The notes under the pieces are model-generated. The model was given only the letters and a program-made list of their open reading frames with translations, did not search any database and had not been told where the DNA came from. 64,000 bases of DNA, taken from NCBI RefSeq assembly GCF_009914755.1, contig NC_060939.1. One strand, 5' to 3'. Within the stretch, counting starts at the first letter, position 1, and every line of letters starts with the position of its first letter. Positions 1 to 13,520 of the stretch are shown here, one piece after another. The position numbers were made by a program, and so were the translations under genes. Source of the stretch: the human T2T-CHM13v2.0 reference genome, Homo sapiens.

Positions 1-1189
1 TTACCCCCAGTGAGCAATGCTAAGGCCTCTTTATCTCCCCAGATCCAGGCTAAAGCTTAAACCTGAGCCCATTTTCCTTTGTCTCGGCTGGCACCTTGGC
101 AGGGGAGAAATATATGGAGGAAAATCAGTACCTTTGTTTCCTCCCAAGGAAAAGAAAATGCAGAAGCCTGATGGGCGTCTCACCTAGATCACAGTTCACT
201 GGGCCACGGGGGCAGTGGACCACCTGCGGCTCTTTTAAGTGCAACTCCGGTTCAAGCCAAATACCTGGGCACAGATGTGAAGCGTGGGTGGCAGAGAGGC
301 AAAGAAAGAGCTGGAAAGAAAACTGGCACTCTTCGGAGGGCTGCAGGAGTGAGAATGCCCCGTGATTAGGGTTTCCTTCTAGGCCCGTATTTTCAATTAC
401 AGTCATAATTTATTGCTATTATGGGCACCAAACTATACTTGCCATGGGCTTTGCATACACAGGAAATGAGCCAGCATTTAAACACTACTCAGAAAAAGGG
501 GCCTAATGGCTAAAAAGCAGTGGGAAAATGCAAACCTGCCCTCTCCTCCTTGTCACAAAACACCCACCTCTTCCTCCTCCACTTGTCCACTAAAACACTT
601 GCCTTTAAAAATCAAATTAACAACATTTATTGCTTATACAACATTTATTGGGTGCCTAGTCTGCCAGGCTATATGGTGGAAGTGGTGAGGAAAATGGGGC
701 ACTTTGAGGATATTGTCCTTCTCTGTGGAGGGAGAAGGGTGGGAGGTTTTCAGGTCCCAAGCATTCTGGGAACTCAGCGTCATGGCTTGGCAAGGAGACA
801 GAGTAGGCATTGAGGGAGGTGGAGGAGGAGGGTAAGGAGGATCAGGCCTGGATCTGATGTGGAGGGAACTGAGCTAGCTGTGAGTGTAAGTCCTTCCTAA
901 GGGGAAAAGCTCCACTGTTTGGTTTGCAGTCCCCCAAAAGGCTGATGCATTCTTTCTTGGTGCCATGGCTAAGCTTAAGGCATGGCTTTCAGAAGCCTTG
1001 GACAGCAGAGAAATACTGGGAAGCAGGGGCACCACCATTTCTAGTTTCAGGTGGGAGAGCTCTTTGGAGTGATGTCCTACTGATGAGCAAGGTCCATCCT
1101 TGGGGGCTTGGGCAGGCAAGAGCTAGGCATAGGAGTGAGCAACTTGGTACATTTAATGCCAGGAGCTTTCCGTAGGTCCTGTTGGCGGG

Positions 1190-1554
1190 TGTATTCATCC
1201 ATTTTCATACTGCTGTGAAGATACTACCTCAGACTGGGTAATTTATAAAGGAAAGAGGTTTAATTGACTCACAGTTCCACATGGCTGGGGAGGCTTCAGG
1301 AAACTTACAATCATGTCAGAAGGCGAAGAAGAAGCAAGTACCTTCTTCGCAAGGCAGCAGAAAGAGAGAAAAGCCCAGGGGGAACTGCCACTTCTAAACT
1401 ATGAGATCTCGTGAGAACTCCCTCACTATCACGAGAACAGCATGGGGGAAACCGCCCCCATGATCCAATCACCTCCTACCCAGGTCTCTCCCTTGACACA
1501 TGGGGATTACATTTCAAGATGAGATTTGGGTGAGGACACAGCCAAACCATATTG
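1190..1554 (-). mobile_element. THE1 (THE1D-like) MaLR solo LTR
   Basis: Runs TGTATT...GACTGGGTAATTTATAAAGGAAAGAGGTTTAATTGACTCACAGTTCC...GATGAGATTTGGGTGAGGACACAGCCAAACCATAT, the reverse complement of the THE1 LTR consensus; ~365 bp. Confidence 0.92.
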
Positions 1555-2149
1555 GGTTTAGGACAGCTTTCACTCCCAAGGGAGAGGCAGAACAGTAAGC
1601 AAGCAGGAAGATGGCCAGAACCTAGAGTTTACACATGGCAGTGAGCGTGGGGTGTGAACAGGCTGCTAGGGGTAACTGTTGTGGGCATTGCCCAAGCATT
1701 GCTGATGATAAGACTGGTCCAGTCCCTGCTTGCTGGTGGGGCCCAGGCTCTGACCCCATTTGCTCAATCAGGAAGGCCCGAGCTTATAGGAACATGGCTT
1801 CAGAAACAGGGGCCAAGAAGAACTGGTGAAGGCAGGAGCTGATAGCTGGAAAAGTAAGACATAAGAAAAATATGAAATGGAAATTTAAAATAAGGTACAA
1901 ATGATTTGGCATGTGGTTGGTCACCAAATGAATTGCAGAGACACTCCTCAGAGGATTAAAGTAGTGGGCAGAAAGGATTTCAGGATAGGGCACTCCAAGG
2001 AGGAGATGAAATTTCTGCTAGACATTATAGGGTTTTATCAAACCCCAAGAAGAGAGTTAGACATTCTGGACAGGAAGATGATGTGCAAAAAGCCCAAAGA
2101 TGTAAGGCTGGGAGATAGCAAACCAGGTCTTGATGTTGCAGATTTGTTG

Positions 2150-2162
2150 TATATATATTTAT

Positions 2163-2220
<58 letters not shown>

Positions 2221-2290
2221 TAGATAGATAGATAGATAGATATAGATAGATAGATTAGATAGATAGATAGATGTTATAGATATATATATT
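2150..2290. repeat. Compound (AGAT)n tetranucleotide microsatellite; 14 perfect units at 2165-2220
   Basis: Directly visible. Confidence 0.98.
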
Positions 2291-2326
2291 ATGTATTTGA
2301 TATAAACTAATGCATATCAAACATTG

Positions 2327-2441
2327 TTTTTTTGGTAGAGATGAGATCTCACTGTGTTTCCTAGGTTGGTCTTGAACTCCTAGCCTCAAACAATCCCCCC
2401 AACTCAGCTGGGATTATAGACTTGAGCCACTGAGCCCAGCC
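2327..2441 (-). mobile_element. FLAM / Alu left-monomer fragment
   Basis: T-tract then GTAGAGATGAGATCTCACTGTGTTTCCTAGGTTGGTCTTGAACTCC...GAGCCACTGAGCCCAGCC. Confidence 0.85.
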
Positions 2442-3260
2442 TGAAGAAGGCTTTGAAGGCTAAAGGAAGGAATGTCGTCCTGATCCCTTGGGATCTAGGC
2501 AGTGGCAATCTCTATGGCCTTTGTAAGTTGACATGGAGGTAGGTAGTGTGCAGCACGGGACAAAGAGATGGGACGCAGAGAGACTAGTGTGAAAGACTAT
2601 TGCATGGCTTAAAGAATGAATTAATAAGGGGCTGCATCAGGATACTGACTGTGAAATGGAGGAGAGAGAATGAATTCCAGAGAGTTATCAAAGCAAGGAT
2701 GGATGGGACATGAGGAAGAAGACCACAAAGACAGGGGGAGTGAGTGACAGATGGTCACAGTCATAAAAGGAGGAGGAGGAGGGAAAGATTAGGGGAGGAT
2801 GGAAGATGAACTTCGGGCCTGTGGATTTGAGGTGGCAATGAGAATCCAAATGCTTACATCTCAAAGTGAGTTATGTGGGATTAAGATAAAGACTAGGGCT
2901 TGATCGCACATTTGAAAATTTTCTCTGTAGTGTGGATCTCTCTAGAAGTCACAAGGGAGACCACTTCCTTCAAAGAGAGGAGAAGAAAAGGATACAGAGG
3001 ATCAGCTACTCAACACCCACTTTTGATGGGCTGAAGAAGGAGAGTGAACAGATAAAGGAGGACTCCAAGGTTAAGAGGCACCATAAAAAGCGACTAGATA
3101 CCATTTGCAAAGGAGAAAGAGCCCAAAGAAGACAACATCAAACATTAGCAGCTTCAGCTGCTGCAGGGAGATTAGGGAGAATGAGGGTTAAGATCTGGTT
3201 ATTGGAACTGATCCCTCAAAGGTGCGGATGATCTTTAAGAATGTTGTTTCCATTGAGTTG
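2442..3260 (-). mobile_element. Degraded L2 fragment
   Basis: Purine-rich L2-like motifs (GAGACTAGTGTGAAAGACTATTGC, TTTGAGGTGGCAATGAGAATCCAAATG); boundaries approximate. Confidence 0.55.
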
Positions 3261-5184
3261 GAGGAGCTGGGATTGGAGGGGGGTAGGGAAAGAGCAGGTG
3301 GCATTGAAAACATCTAAGTAGCAAAAGGAAGCAGGGATCCTTATATAAACTTAAAAAGCTGTAAGTGAAACCAAATTATGTTCCCTGACAGGGAAGGACC
3401 TAGTGTTGAACACATGGCAAAGAGAAGAAGCGGTGTGTGAAGCATGTTCTGGAAAAGGCGGGGAAGGGCTGGACACGATGGCGCTCCCCTTCTCAAATCC
3501 AGGGGTGGAAGAAAATGGGTGTAGAGGTGGATATTTAGGGGAACAGAGGACTGGAGCAGGGTTGCTGACACAAAATAGCCACTGCTTCTTAGGGATGTTC
3601 AATGAGAGGGTGATGGCTGTGGGTGGTAGGGGAGGGTGGGAGAAGGCCTGTGTGGACATTTGGGGAGGAGAAATTCTGGAATGATTCTTGTGGAGGATTG
3701 GCTCAGGAGTTCACAGGGATGAGCGAAAAGGGAAGGTGAAGCTACCAGGGGCACATGACACCTCCCAGGATGCTCAGACAGCCAGGGATCTTGTTTGGGT
3801 GGTGGGGGTTGCTCCAGCAGACCAGGGTGGAGGCTTGGAGACATAGGCAGAGGTGAGTGAGATAGGGGCCCATCACACTAGCACACTAGCCCACCACATA
3901 CTCCTGGAAGGGCAGGAGGCTCAGAACAGTTGGAGGTTTGGAGAGGTCGGAGGGAAACTTCTTGATGAAGCAGGCAAGCTGCTGATGAGTGGAGGAGGAT
4001 GGATGGGAGGTGCCAGCGATGAGATGACAGAGATGGAACGCAGAAGGTGATGATGTGGTTGAGGGCTGGGCTGTGGCTGATGCGTACCCGAGTACAAGGG
4101 ACTGAGATGGATGGGCTGAAGAAGACAGATGTGAGGCCAGGCCTTGGGGCGGTGACGGGGCTGGCATAGCTGGAAGGGAACTGGGTGGGAGTCAGGGACT
4201 TAGGTTTTAACAAACCTGTTGCTAAGTCTTTGTTTGGCCTTGGCCAGGTCACTTGGGTTTCCCTGGTGAGGGGCTGCTGTCAGCACCATCCTTGCATTAC
4301 TGTGCACAGTAGTCCTTGAGAGCCAGCAGGGGCCCTGGTGATGGTTCAGAGCAGTGACCTTGGGTGCTTCAGCCTCACGTGGTCACACCTCCACAGAACA
4401 TGGTGCTCCCTCCCTCCTAACCAGTGTTACATCCACGACCCCACCAGCATCTCTCATGGCATCAGAAGTGGCAGCAGGCAGCCATCACCTTGTGATACTG
4501 CCACTTCTCTTCCGCAGGGATTGGAAGCTCTGCATTTCAGAGCCAGGTTTCATTCAGTCCCCTCACCAGCCTCCTGGCAGCCTGACCTCAGGTCTGGCAG
4601 ATAAGGTGGGGCTGCTGTGGTAATCCAGGAGAAGTGAGGCAGGAGGGAGGACTGGCGTCCGTCGGGCCACCAGGAGTGGGGAGCCTGTCTCACCTGTGGG
4701 CTGCACCTGAGTGGGTGAGCATGGCATCAGAGGGGATCACGGGGTGGGTTGGAGTGCAGGGATGTCCCCCAGTGTGTTCCCCATTTCAGTCGCCCTCCCA
4801 GTCTGTGAATCTAAGAGCCTGGCCACTGAGGCATCCAGGTGCAAGCTGGGTGACCCTCAGTTACGATAATGTGACTGCAGCATCTGATGCCGCTACCATC
4901 ACTCCCCTGGTGCTGGGCCTGGGACAAGGTGCCATATGGGGAATTTTTTTCCCCCCAGGAGGCTATTTTTAGAGTGCTCCAGCTGAACTGTTGCTGTGAA
5001 CTCTATGTCTTAACTAGGAGTGTGTGCGTCATTAACGAGGCAGGTGTGTGCGTCCTGGGAGGGGCTGATGCGCGGTTCCTAATGGTAGCATGTGTGGGCT
5101 GGCCGGTTGCTGCTTTCAGCCTGCCAGGGTGACTTTGCTCATTGCCTCTCACTTGTGCAGGCAGAGGTTGTGTGTGAGATTTAG

Positions 5185-5412
5185 GGTGCCCTGGAGTCAA
5201 ACTATCTGCCTGACTCTTGGCTCTACCACTTACCAGCTCTGTGACCCTGGGCAAGCTATGGATTATGTTTGATGTGTTTCTCAAAGCCTCAGCTTGCTCC
5301 TCTGTGACTTGGGGTAGTGAGAGCACTGATTTCATGAAAGTCATAGGGAAATCAAATCAGGTAAAGGCAAAGCATGTAGCTCTTCAATGCTAAGTGTTCA
5401 GTAAATATTACT
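5185..5412 (+). mobile_element. MIR SINE
   Basis: CTGGAGTCAAAC...GGCTCTACCACTTACCAGCTCTGTGACCCTGGGCAAG...GCCTCAGCTTGCTCCTCTGT core. Confidence 0.8.
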
Positions 5413-6164
5413 TTCTTCCCCTTCACCCCCAGAGGCTTCCTCCTATTTATAAGCTTCGTTAATCACTGCCATGGCCAAGCCCTGCCCTAGGCCCAGGAGA
5501 GCTGGTGGTGTTTAAGGTACGACACACGCTGGAAGCACTCCTTGTACAGCAGGAAACTTGAACTGCATCTTGAGGGATGGTCAAGAGTTTGCTGGGTAGA
5601 AATCTAGGGTTGTGGGGAATGATTGTCCTATGACAGAACCCTCCTCTTGAAGCCTATCTACTTTCTAGATTTTAGCTGATCGCCCAGTTTCATGGGCAGG
5701 CAGGAAAGGGAGGCCTTTGTCCCTTTTCCCGAGGATGAACTCCAGCCGGTGTGTGTGTTAGATATGTACAGAGCCCAGCAGCCTTGCCACTTGTGGGGTG
5801 GCTCCTTTCTACTTGGGTGCCTTATTGTCTGTCGGGTGCCCCACAGCAGAGACCTCAGGGTTTTGGTGGCAACCTGCCCAGATACGGAAGAGGAGAAGGG
5901 AGTCAGAGTGGCCTTCATGTCAGGGCAGTGAGGACTGTATCAAAGCCCAAGGCTCGTGGAACCATGTGGGGGAAGCGACATGGATACAGAGCCCTGAGAG
6001 AGGGCACTTCCAAAGAACTGCTGCCTGTTGACCATTCTCTTCCCCTGAATGTGATCCATTTACAAGGTGGGGACAGACTTTTTTCAGTTGTTATATATCT
6101 GGGATATGAGCCTCTCTCTGAGTACCTCAAGTTTTTTACCAGCCAAGTAGACTTGTAGCTTCAG

Positions 6165-6283
6165 TGTATATGCGACGTGTGCATGTGTATATATACACAC
6201 ACACACTATATATACACACACACACACTATATATATATGTACAGTATATCTGTACTCTATCCATCCATCCATCCATCCATCTA
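6165..6283. repeat. Compound (TA)/(CA)/(TCCA) simple repeat
   Basis: Directly visible. Confidence 0.85.
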
Positions 6284-6919
6284 TATTTTCCCCCATAGCG
6301 CACATTTTTGTAAAGTCCCGAAGCCTCTAGTTTGAAGCAATGCTGAAATCTGTCAACTCAATGGATTAATAGTCTAATCTCAGCCAATTTGTTTGGCAGA
6401 AACACTAAATTCCTGAAACCATGTGGGCTGGCCCACTTGACCCCTGTCCTGGGAAAGTGAAAAAATACATCCCAGGTTTTTGGGCTAACTAGCATTGAAA
6501 ATCAATCCATTTTTATTTTCATTTTCCTACAGTTTCATGGTGGCCACTCTTGACTCCCATTTGTATTCTGTGTGGGTCATGTTGATTAAGGAAGTGAGGA
6601 GGATGGATAGACAGTAAGAGGGATGGCACCGTGCATGCACCACCCAGCACTCCCCTACAGAGAGAAAGCTGGCTCTGAGGGTCAGGCCAGTGCCATGAGG
6701 CTAGCTGGCTTCTTTTGACATTAGTGCTCAGAAGAGACCTGTTTCCATAGCTTATCCATGTGGGCAGTGGTGGAGAATTTACCCAATCCAGAAGGTAGTA
6801 TAGTGCATGGTACAGCATTTTCCAAAAACAGATATTCTTCCAAGCCGACTTAGAAATATTTTTAATCATTACATTGTTTCTGTGGTATTTGATAAAGAAG
6901 TGAATTTAGTAATAGTGTA

Positions 6920-7105
6920 AAATTCCTGGCTTCATTGTTGTGTGATCTCATGTAAGTTGCATCTTCTCTCCAAACCACAGTTCTTGCCTAATGAGGAGAT
7001 GCTGATAATAATACCTACCTCTGAGGGTTGTAGTGAGGAGTAAGTAATATGTCACACGGGTTTTCCCAGACATGTCTAAGTACTCAACAAATGGCAGCCA
7101 CTATC
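6920..7105 (+). mobile_element. MIR SINE
   Basis: GATAATAATACCTACCTCTGAGGGTTGTAGTGAGGAGTAAG...AAGTACTCAACAAATGGCAGC. Confidence 0.7.
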
Positions 7106-7208
7106 CCTATCATCACCTGTATGGTTGTGCTTGTTGTCATCATCGCATCCTCACATTTTTGGGTGGCCCAGACTTAGTATGCCCTTGATAGTGCAGCAGA
7201 AGGCCTGC

Positions 7209-7614
7209 TGAATCCCTGATGCAGATGTCACTTACTCTTTTAAGAAAGCATTCCCTAGCCAACCGTGCAGTTAGCCTCTCCCATTCTGTATACATTTCTC
7301 ATGTACCTATCATACCATTTATCAAACCATCTTTTAACTGTATGTTTGCAGGCCTGCTGTGCCCCATGAGGGCAAGAGACTGTTTCAGAGAGAGACAAAA
7401 TGAGTAAATAGCTGATGGGTGAATTCATAAACAAAATAATTTATTTTGCTTTCTGTCTTCTCTCACAGACATTTTGCAAGAAGGCAGACACAATGCATTT
7501 TGAGAAAACAACCACTCCTACAAGGCAAGAGGGTTTTCCTCCATCCGAGAACTTCCTACACTTAAAGCAAGTAGGCGAAGGTCATAGATTTCCGTAATAG
7601 TTTTATTGGAGACT
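7209..7614 (+). repeat. Left arm of ~410-bp inverted duplication
   Basis: Aligns end to end with the reverse complement of 8390-8799; ~55 differences counted by hand (~86% identity). Confidence 0.95.
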
Positions 7615-8389
7615 TGGTCTTCATTTATCATTCATGAGAGGCTTACTTAGCTCTTATTACATGCTAAGCATTAAGGTCACAAAAATGAATAAGACACAGC
7701 CCTACCCTCAAGAAGCTTCCACTGTGGTGAGAGATGTTCACATACATAGTCGAGGTACTTTTATTGTTAACGATGACTCTGTGCGAAGCAAGCACCAGGG
7801 GCACCGAGAACCCAGGGCTAGGGACGCCCGAGGGAGGCTGTGGGAGGCAGAGGAGTGTCAGAGCCTCCTGTGCCGTTCCACCCAGCCTAATACAGTGGCA
7901 GCCCTGGTTTCAGAAAGCAAAGGCCAAAGCTGACTTGTGGTCAGATTGTCACACCTGCCTGGAGTGGCAGGAAGGCAAAGCCAATACATTTTATTGCTTT
8001 GGCTCTAGATTCAGCCAGAAGGTGTAGTGATGAGGCAGGAAATCCTGTCTGAAACCAGAGTTCCCATCTGTTGGCATAAAATCCTGATGAGCCTTTTAGG
8101 GGAGATAAAACATCAGTAATATTCAAGTGATACCAGGAAATTCCCGGCTTTAAAAGGACAAGATTTTAGCAGAGGAAGTTGGATATTTAGAGTTGCATTT
8201 TTTTCCAAAATTATTTTTAGCCTCCAGCTATATATAACTTTTCTTGCTGACTTAGGTACAGTATGTGGATTCGACTGATTGTATTTAGGAACAAAAACAG
8301 ACATTTTAACACCTGTGCGTGTGAACATTCTACATAGGACCTGCTGAGTGATACCTTGTAAGGACCAAGGGTAATAGTCACCCATAAGG

Positions 8390-8799
8390 AGTCACCAATA
8401 GAACTATTAAGGAAATCTATGACCTTAGCCCACTTGCCTTAAAGTGTAGGAAGCTCTCAGATGGAGGAAGAAGCTCTTGCCTTGTAGGAGTGGTCATTTT
8501 CTCAAAATGCATTGTTTCTGCCTTATTACAAAACGCTCGTGAGAGAAGACAGAAAGCTAAATAAATTTGTTATTTTGTTTTCGAATTCACCCATCAGCTG
8601 TTTACTCATTTTGCCTCTCTGAAACAGGTCTCTTGCCCTCACAGGGTACAGCAAGTCTGCAAACATACAGCTGAAAGATGCTTTGGTAAATGGTATAATA
8701 GGTAGTTGAGAAAGGTTTACAGAATGGGAGAGACTAACTGCATGGTTGGTTAGGGAATGCTTTCTTAAAACAGTAGGTAACATCTGCACCAGGGCTTCA
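8390..8799 (-). repeat. Right arm of ~410-bp inverted duplication
   Basis: Reverse complement matches 7209-7614. The ORF track shows the same pairing: LRKHSLANRAVSLSHSV (+) vs LRKHSLTNHAVSLSHSV (-). Confidence 0.95.
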
Positions 8800-8851
8800 A
8801 GAGTTGACAGGAGGCTTCCCAGGAAGAAGAAGGGCAGAAAAGGCAGGGGCA

Positions 8852-8946
8852 CTGGGAAGCCTGCAGTGCTACCTGCAGTCAGGGAGTCGTGGGATTCTGG
8901 GAAGCCTGCAGTGCTACCTGCAGTCAGGGAGTCGTGGGATTCTGGG
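8852..8946. repeat. Perfect 45-bp tandem duplication (2 copies plus 5-bp CTGGG)
   Basis: CTGGGAAGCCTGCAGTGCTACCTGCAGTCAGGGAGTCGTGGGATT at 8852-8896 and 8897-8941. Confidence 0.98.
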
Positions 8947-9439
8947 TGTCAGAGTAGAGTGGCTTTGTAGCCAGAAGTCATCGAATCAACTGAGTGGATG
9001 GTTATGCCAGCAAAACCGTTCACTTTACAGGAGAGGAAGCACAGAGAAATTGAGGGGCTTGTCCAAGGTTACACAAGTCTAGGGAAGACTCACAGCCAGA
9101 ACTTGGGTCTTAGCTTCTTCAAGTGTGGCAGAAGGGCTTGGCACTAAGTACGCTAAAGCCACCTCGAGGATTACTTGATATTTCCCTGCAGCCTTACATG
9201 CAGCCTTACAAGGATAAACTTCAGCTTAAACTGAATCCACCTTTCTTTACAGAACATACAAGGAAAAGTCTAGTAGCTGTTTGCATCCTAAATGTCCACA
9301 TTTGTGCCAAACAGCTAGCCTGGTCATATTTTCAAGACTATGGGATTGAAATTTATTGCATTTTTTTAATTATTCTTTTTCATTGTTTGGTACTCTATAT
9401 GAGAAGAAAACTGGAGCTTTCAGAAAGTATTGCTATTAA

Positions 9440-9782
<343 letters not shown>

Positions 9783-10522
9783 TAACTTTAAAAGTTGAGA
9801 CAGATCTTACCCTCCTACAGAAACTCATTCTGAAGAGCTGGATCCTTATCCCATTGATCCTTACCCTAGAGGGCTTTTGAGCTCCGTCTTAAGGGGCTAA
9901 GATACCTTTTTTTCCAGCTCATAGTGGTGGCAGAAGGTCAGGTTTCCTGAATATCCTGGTGTCATATCCAGAGCCAAGTCCAGTGAATCTGTTGGGCCAT
10001 GTGGTCCCCGGTTCCTCTGTCTTTTGTGCTTCCAGAACACCCACCATGCCTGGGTGGCACTTAGCATTTAAATCGTCTTTTCCCTATTGTGGATTCACTA
10101 GGTTGCAAAACTGTGGACATAGCACAGACTTGTTCCCTAGTGAGTGAAAAACATGAATGAAAAAAGCAAAAGAAACTGATGCAATCCCCACTTCCATACA
10201 TATCATGGGCAGAGTTCATCTCAGTGTTTTTTTTCTTTTAGTGGAGTCTGTGTGTTCATTTCTAGATACAGTTTGGTAAATAGAAGTGACTGGACAAACA
10301 GTAAAAAGGGAGAGGGCTTCCCTCACTTTCATTCCCACTCCCAGGCTTTAATCTTCAGAGGAAAATGAGCCTTGGGTCCAGTGGGAAGTGTATGGACATA
10401 CTGTGCTGTCTAACTTGCTTTTATAGTGAGTTAGACAGTTTTGGAATTCATGATTAGTCTGTATTTAAGTGGAATTTATGCTACCATGTATTGACGTGTT
10501 TGTGTGACGTTCGTGTGTATGT

Positions 10523-10806
10523 ATTCATCCACCCACTCATGTCTGCCTAACAAATGTTTGTTGTGCCTACTATGTGCCAGGTGCTCTCTCAGTCATGGGG
10601 ATACAGCTTTCAAAAGGCAAAGTCAAAATCTTCATGCTGCTTACATCCTAGTATAAGAGAGACAAAAATTTAACATCTACACAAAGCAAAACAGGATTAG
10701 AGGCTAGAGAATTAGTGGGAACGAAGTGTAATGTTTTACAAAAGTAGGCCACGGAAAACCTCTCTGAGAAGGTGACATTTGAACAGACTTGAATGAAGTG
10801 AAGGAA
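10523..10806 (-). mobile_element. L2 3' end
   Basis: AACAAATGTTTGTTGTGCCTACTATGTGCCAGG...GAGAAGGTGACATTTGAACAGACTTGAATGAAG. Confidence 0.8.
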
Positions 10807-10847
10807 TGCCCCAGAAAATATTAGGAAACCTACAAATACAAAGGCCT

Positions 10848-11060
10848 TCCCATTCATCAACCCACCTACCCACCCATCCGTCTACCTACCCATCCATCCT
10901 CCCATCCATCCCTCCATCTGTCCTGCCACTCATCCCTCCATCTGTTCATCCATTCATCCATCCATCCAGCCAACCAGCCAGCCAGCCTTCCATCCATCTG
11001 TTCATCCATCCATCTGTCTATCCATCCATGCATCTATCCATCTATCCATCCTTCCATCCT
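10848..11060. repeat. Degenerate (TCCA)n simple repeat
   Basis: Directly visible. Confidence 0.92.
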
Positions 11061-11426
11061 CTTAATGGCATGTCCTCATGGTGTGGCATATTGAGAGAGA
11101 ATGATTACTGTTCCTTAATAGCAGTTTAGTAGACGTTATTTTTCTTAGGTTGTCCTTTTTTTTTTTTTTTTGCTTTTAAAAAATTTTTTTCTTGGGTTTT
11201 TTGTTTTGTGTTAGAAGAGTGGTATTTTCACTTGCAAGAGATTTTTAAATTCAAGAAGCCAAGAAGCACTTAAGGATACAGGCTCAAAGGTAAGCCAAGC
11301 CAATCCCTCCTAAATTTTAAGTTCTTATTTTAAGGCTGTGGATGATACTTCATAGGGTTCTTGAGAGAAATGTATGGGGGACACCATAGGCACAAAAGCT
11401 AATTGCAGCAACAGCGATGACACTAA

Positions 11427-11485
11427 TGCTGCTGCTCTTGCTGCTGCTGCTGCTACCACTACTACTACTGCTGCTGCTGCTACTG
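11427..11485. repeat. Interrupted (CTG)n/(CTA)n trinucleotide repeat
   Basis: GCTGCTGCTCTTGCTGCTGCTGCTGCTACCACTACTACTACTGCTGCTGCTGCTACTG. Confidence 0.9.
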
Positions 11486-12795
11486 TGGCTAGCAAACATA
11501 TCAGTGGCATCCACTTGTTGTTTTGGAGAATGCTAGGCTCTGGGCCAGGCACTTTCCATTCTTGCTTTCTGATTTGTGACAACTCTACAAGGCAGGTATA
11601 TCCTATTCCACATGTGAGCAAACTGAGGCTGGACATGAGGCTATGATCAATTCTTTTCCTTCCCCAACCATTCCCGTAGCTGTCTCTATGAGTTTAGTGT
11701 TAAACTGGGATGATCTGGGACTCTCTTCTCAGTCAGCAAAGGCAGAAGGAAGTGTTTTGAATTCTCCCGGCCGTGAGTGGCTGCCATCTACCTTGCTGAT
11801 GCCGCGTGATGCATGGCAGTAAGAGTTAATGTTTCCCAAGGGTCCTTTAGCAGTGGAGATGCTGGAAGAGTGGTACACGGGTTTCTAAGTTACTTAACAG
11901 ATTTTATGAACTGCTAATTACCTTGTAAAGACATTTTATTGAGCTAGAGTGATCTGCTGTTGGCACTGATTGTTTACATATCTCAGTCCTTTGGCCTGTT
12001 TCTTTTGCCCCAGGTCAGCGCATCCCTGAGAGCTCTGCTCTGTGTGCAGCAGGGAGGCTTTGGTGCAGTTCTTTACCCTGCACGTGTCCAAGCCCGTGTC
12101 CATGCCCTTGTCCACCACCAGTCACCAAGTGTAGGGATGGGTCTCTGTTTCTCCATCCGGTAACTCCTTAACTGTCGTTAGGAAAGGCAAGCAGAGGAAC
12201 TGCAGTCTTGGGTGTGACCTCCCAATTTGACTACTAGATTTGGCAAGAAACAAGAGCCTTGGCTTTCCTATCTGCAAAGTGAAGGAAAGAATGGAGAAGG
12301 CAGGTGTGTGTTCCTTGTCTAATGGACTGTTCCTCCACAGCCTATAAGAAGTTTCTCACTAAGGAGACAGAAGTGACGAGAGCAGGTGGTGGTATGTTTA
12401 ACAAATACCTGAGAGCAAGTAGAACTCATCAGCTTCTGTTTTATTTTTATTTTTCCTACTGAGTAGAATGCCTTAAAATGGAAAGTGTGGGACAAACAGG
12501 TTTACAAAGCAGCTAGAGTCCACAGTAATTAAAAAGAAAAAAAATAGTCTAGGGGTCCCTAAGGGTTCTATGATTTCTGCTTTCCGTTTTCTTCAGAGAA
12601 TTTGATGTGAGTTCATAGGTCTGTAACCAGTTATTTATTTTAAAAAGCTATGCAGGACAAGGAAAGAGACATGTACAAAGGAGGTGGCCATGACCGTCAT
12701 GGTTTTCATTACACTGGTAAAGATGGATTCTGAAAACAATGGACAATTCATGAGAGAGTGTAACAACATTCCCACCAAATGTCTAGCATAGATTA

Positions 12796-13102
<307 letters not shown>

Positions 13103-13339
13103 TTATTAAACAGATGGTGAGCTTTGATAGAAGATCTCTGGGAGTTGTCATGAGCTCTCTAAAAAGAAGCAAAGCCAAATAATGCATTACATTTTTGATA
13201 GGGTCAGTATTGTGACAATAAATGCTAAATACGTGATTTCCTGGAGATGTAGAACAAACGTTCTTTTAATATCCTTGTGAACTTTCTAAACAACACCACA
13301 TTGCTTTATTTGTTGAGAGATAAACTTTGTGTAAGACAC

Positions 13340-13520
13340 AGGCTAATGCCTTTACATACGTTGTCCCACATAAATCTCAAATTCACCATTTGACGAAGGT
13401 ACCGTCATCGTTTTTTTCGATATTGTGGATGAGCAAATAGGCTCAGAGATTTAGCAACTTGCCCAAGGTCACACAGCCAGCAGCAGCAAAGAGGAGTCTC
13501 ATCCTGGTTTCTCTGTCGTC
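13340..13520 (-). mobile_element. MIR SINE
   Basis: GATGAGCAAATAGGCTCAGAGATTTAGCAACTTGCCCAAGGTCACACAGC. Confidence 0.75.

Noticed and set aside
620-650. 13-bp direct repeat ACAACATTTATTG
   Set aside because: Minor slippage duplication at an L2 end
10806-11129. Pro/Ser/His-rich 107-aa ORF
   Set aside because: Translation of the (TCCA)n repeat
11325-11646. Poly-Ala/Thr/Val ORFs
   Set aside because: Translation of a CTG/CTA microsatellite between MIR remnants
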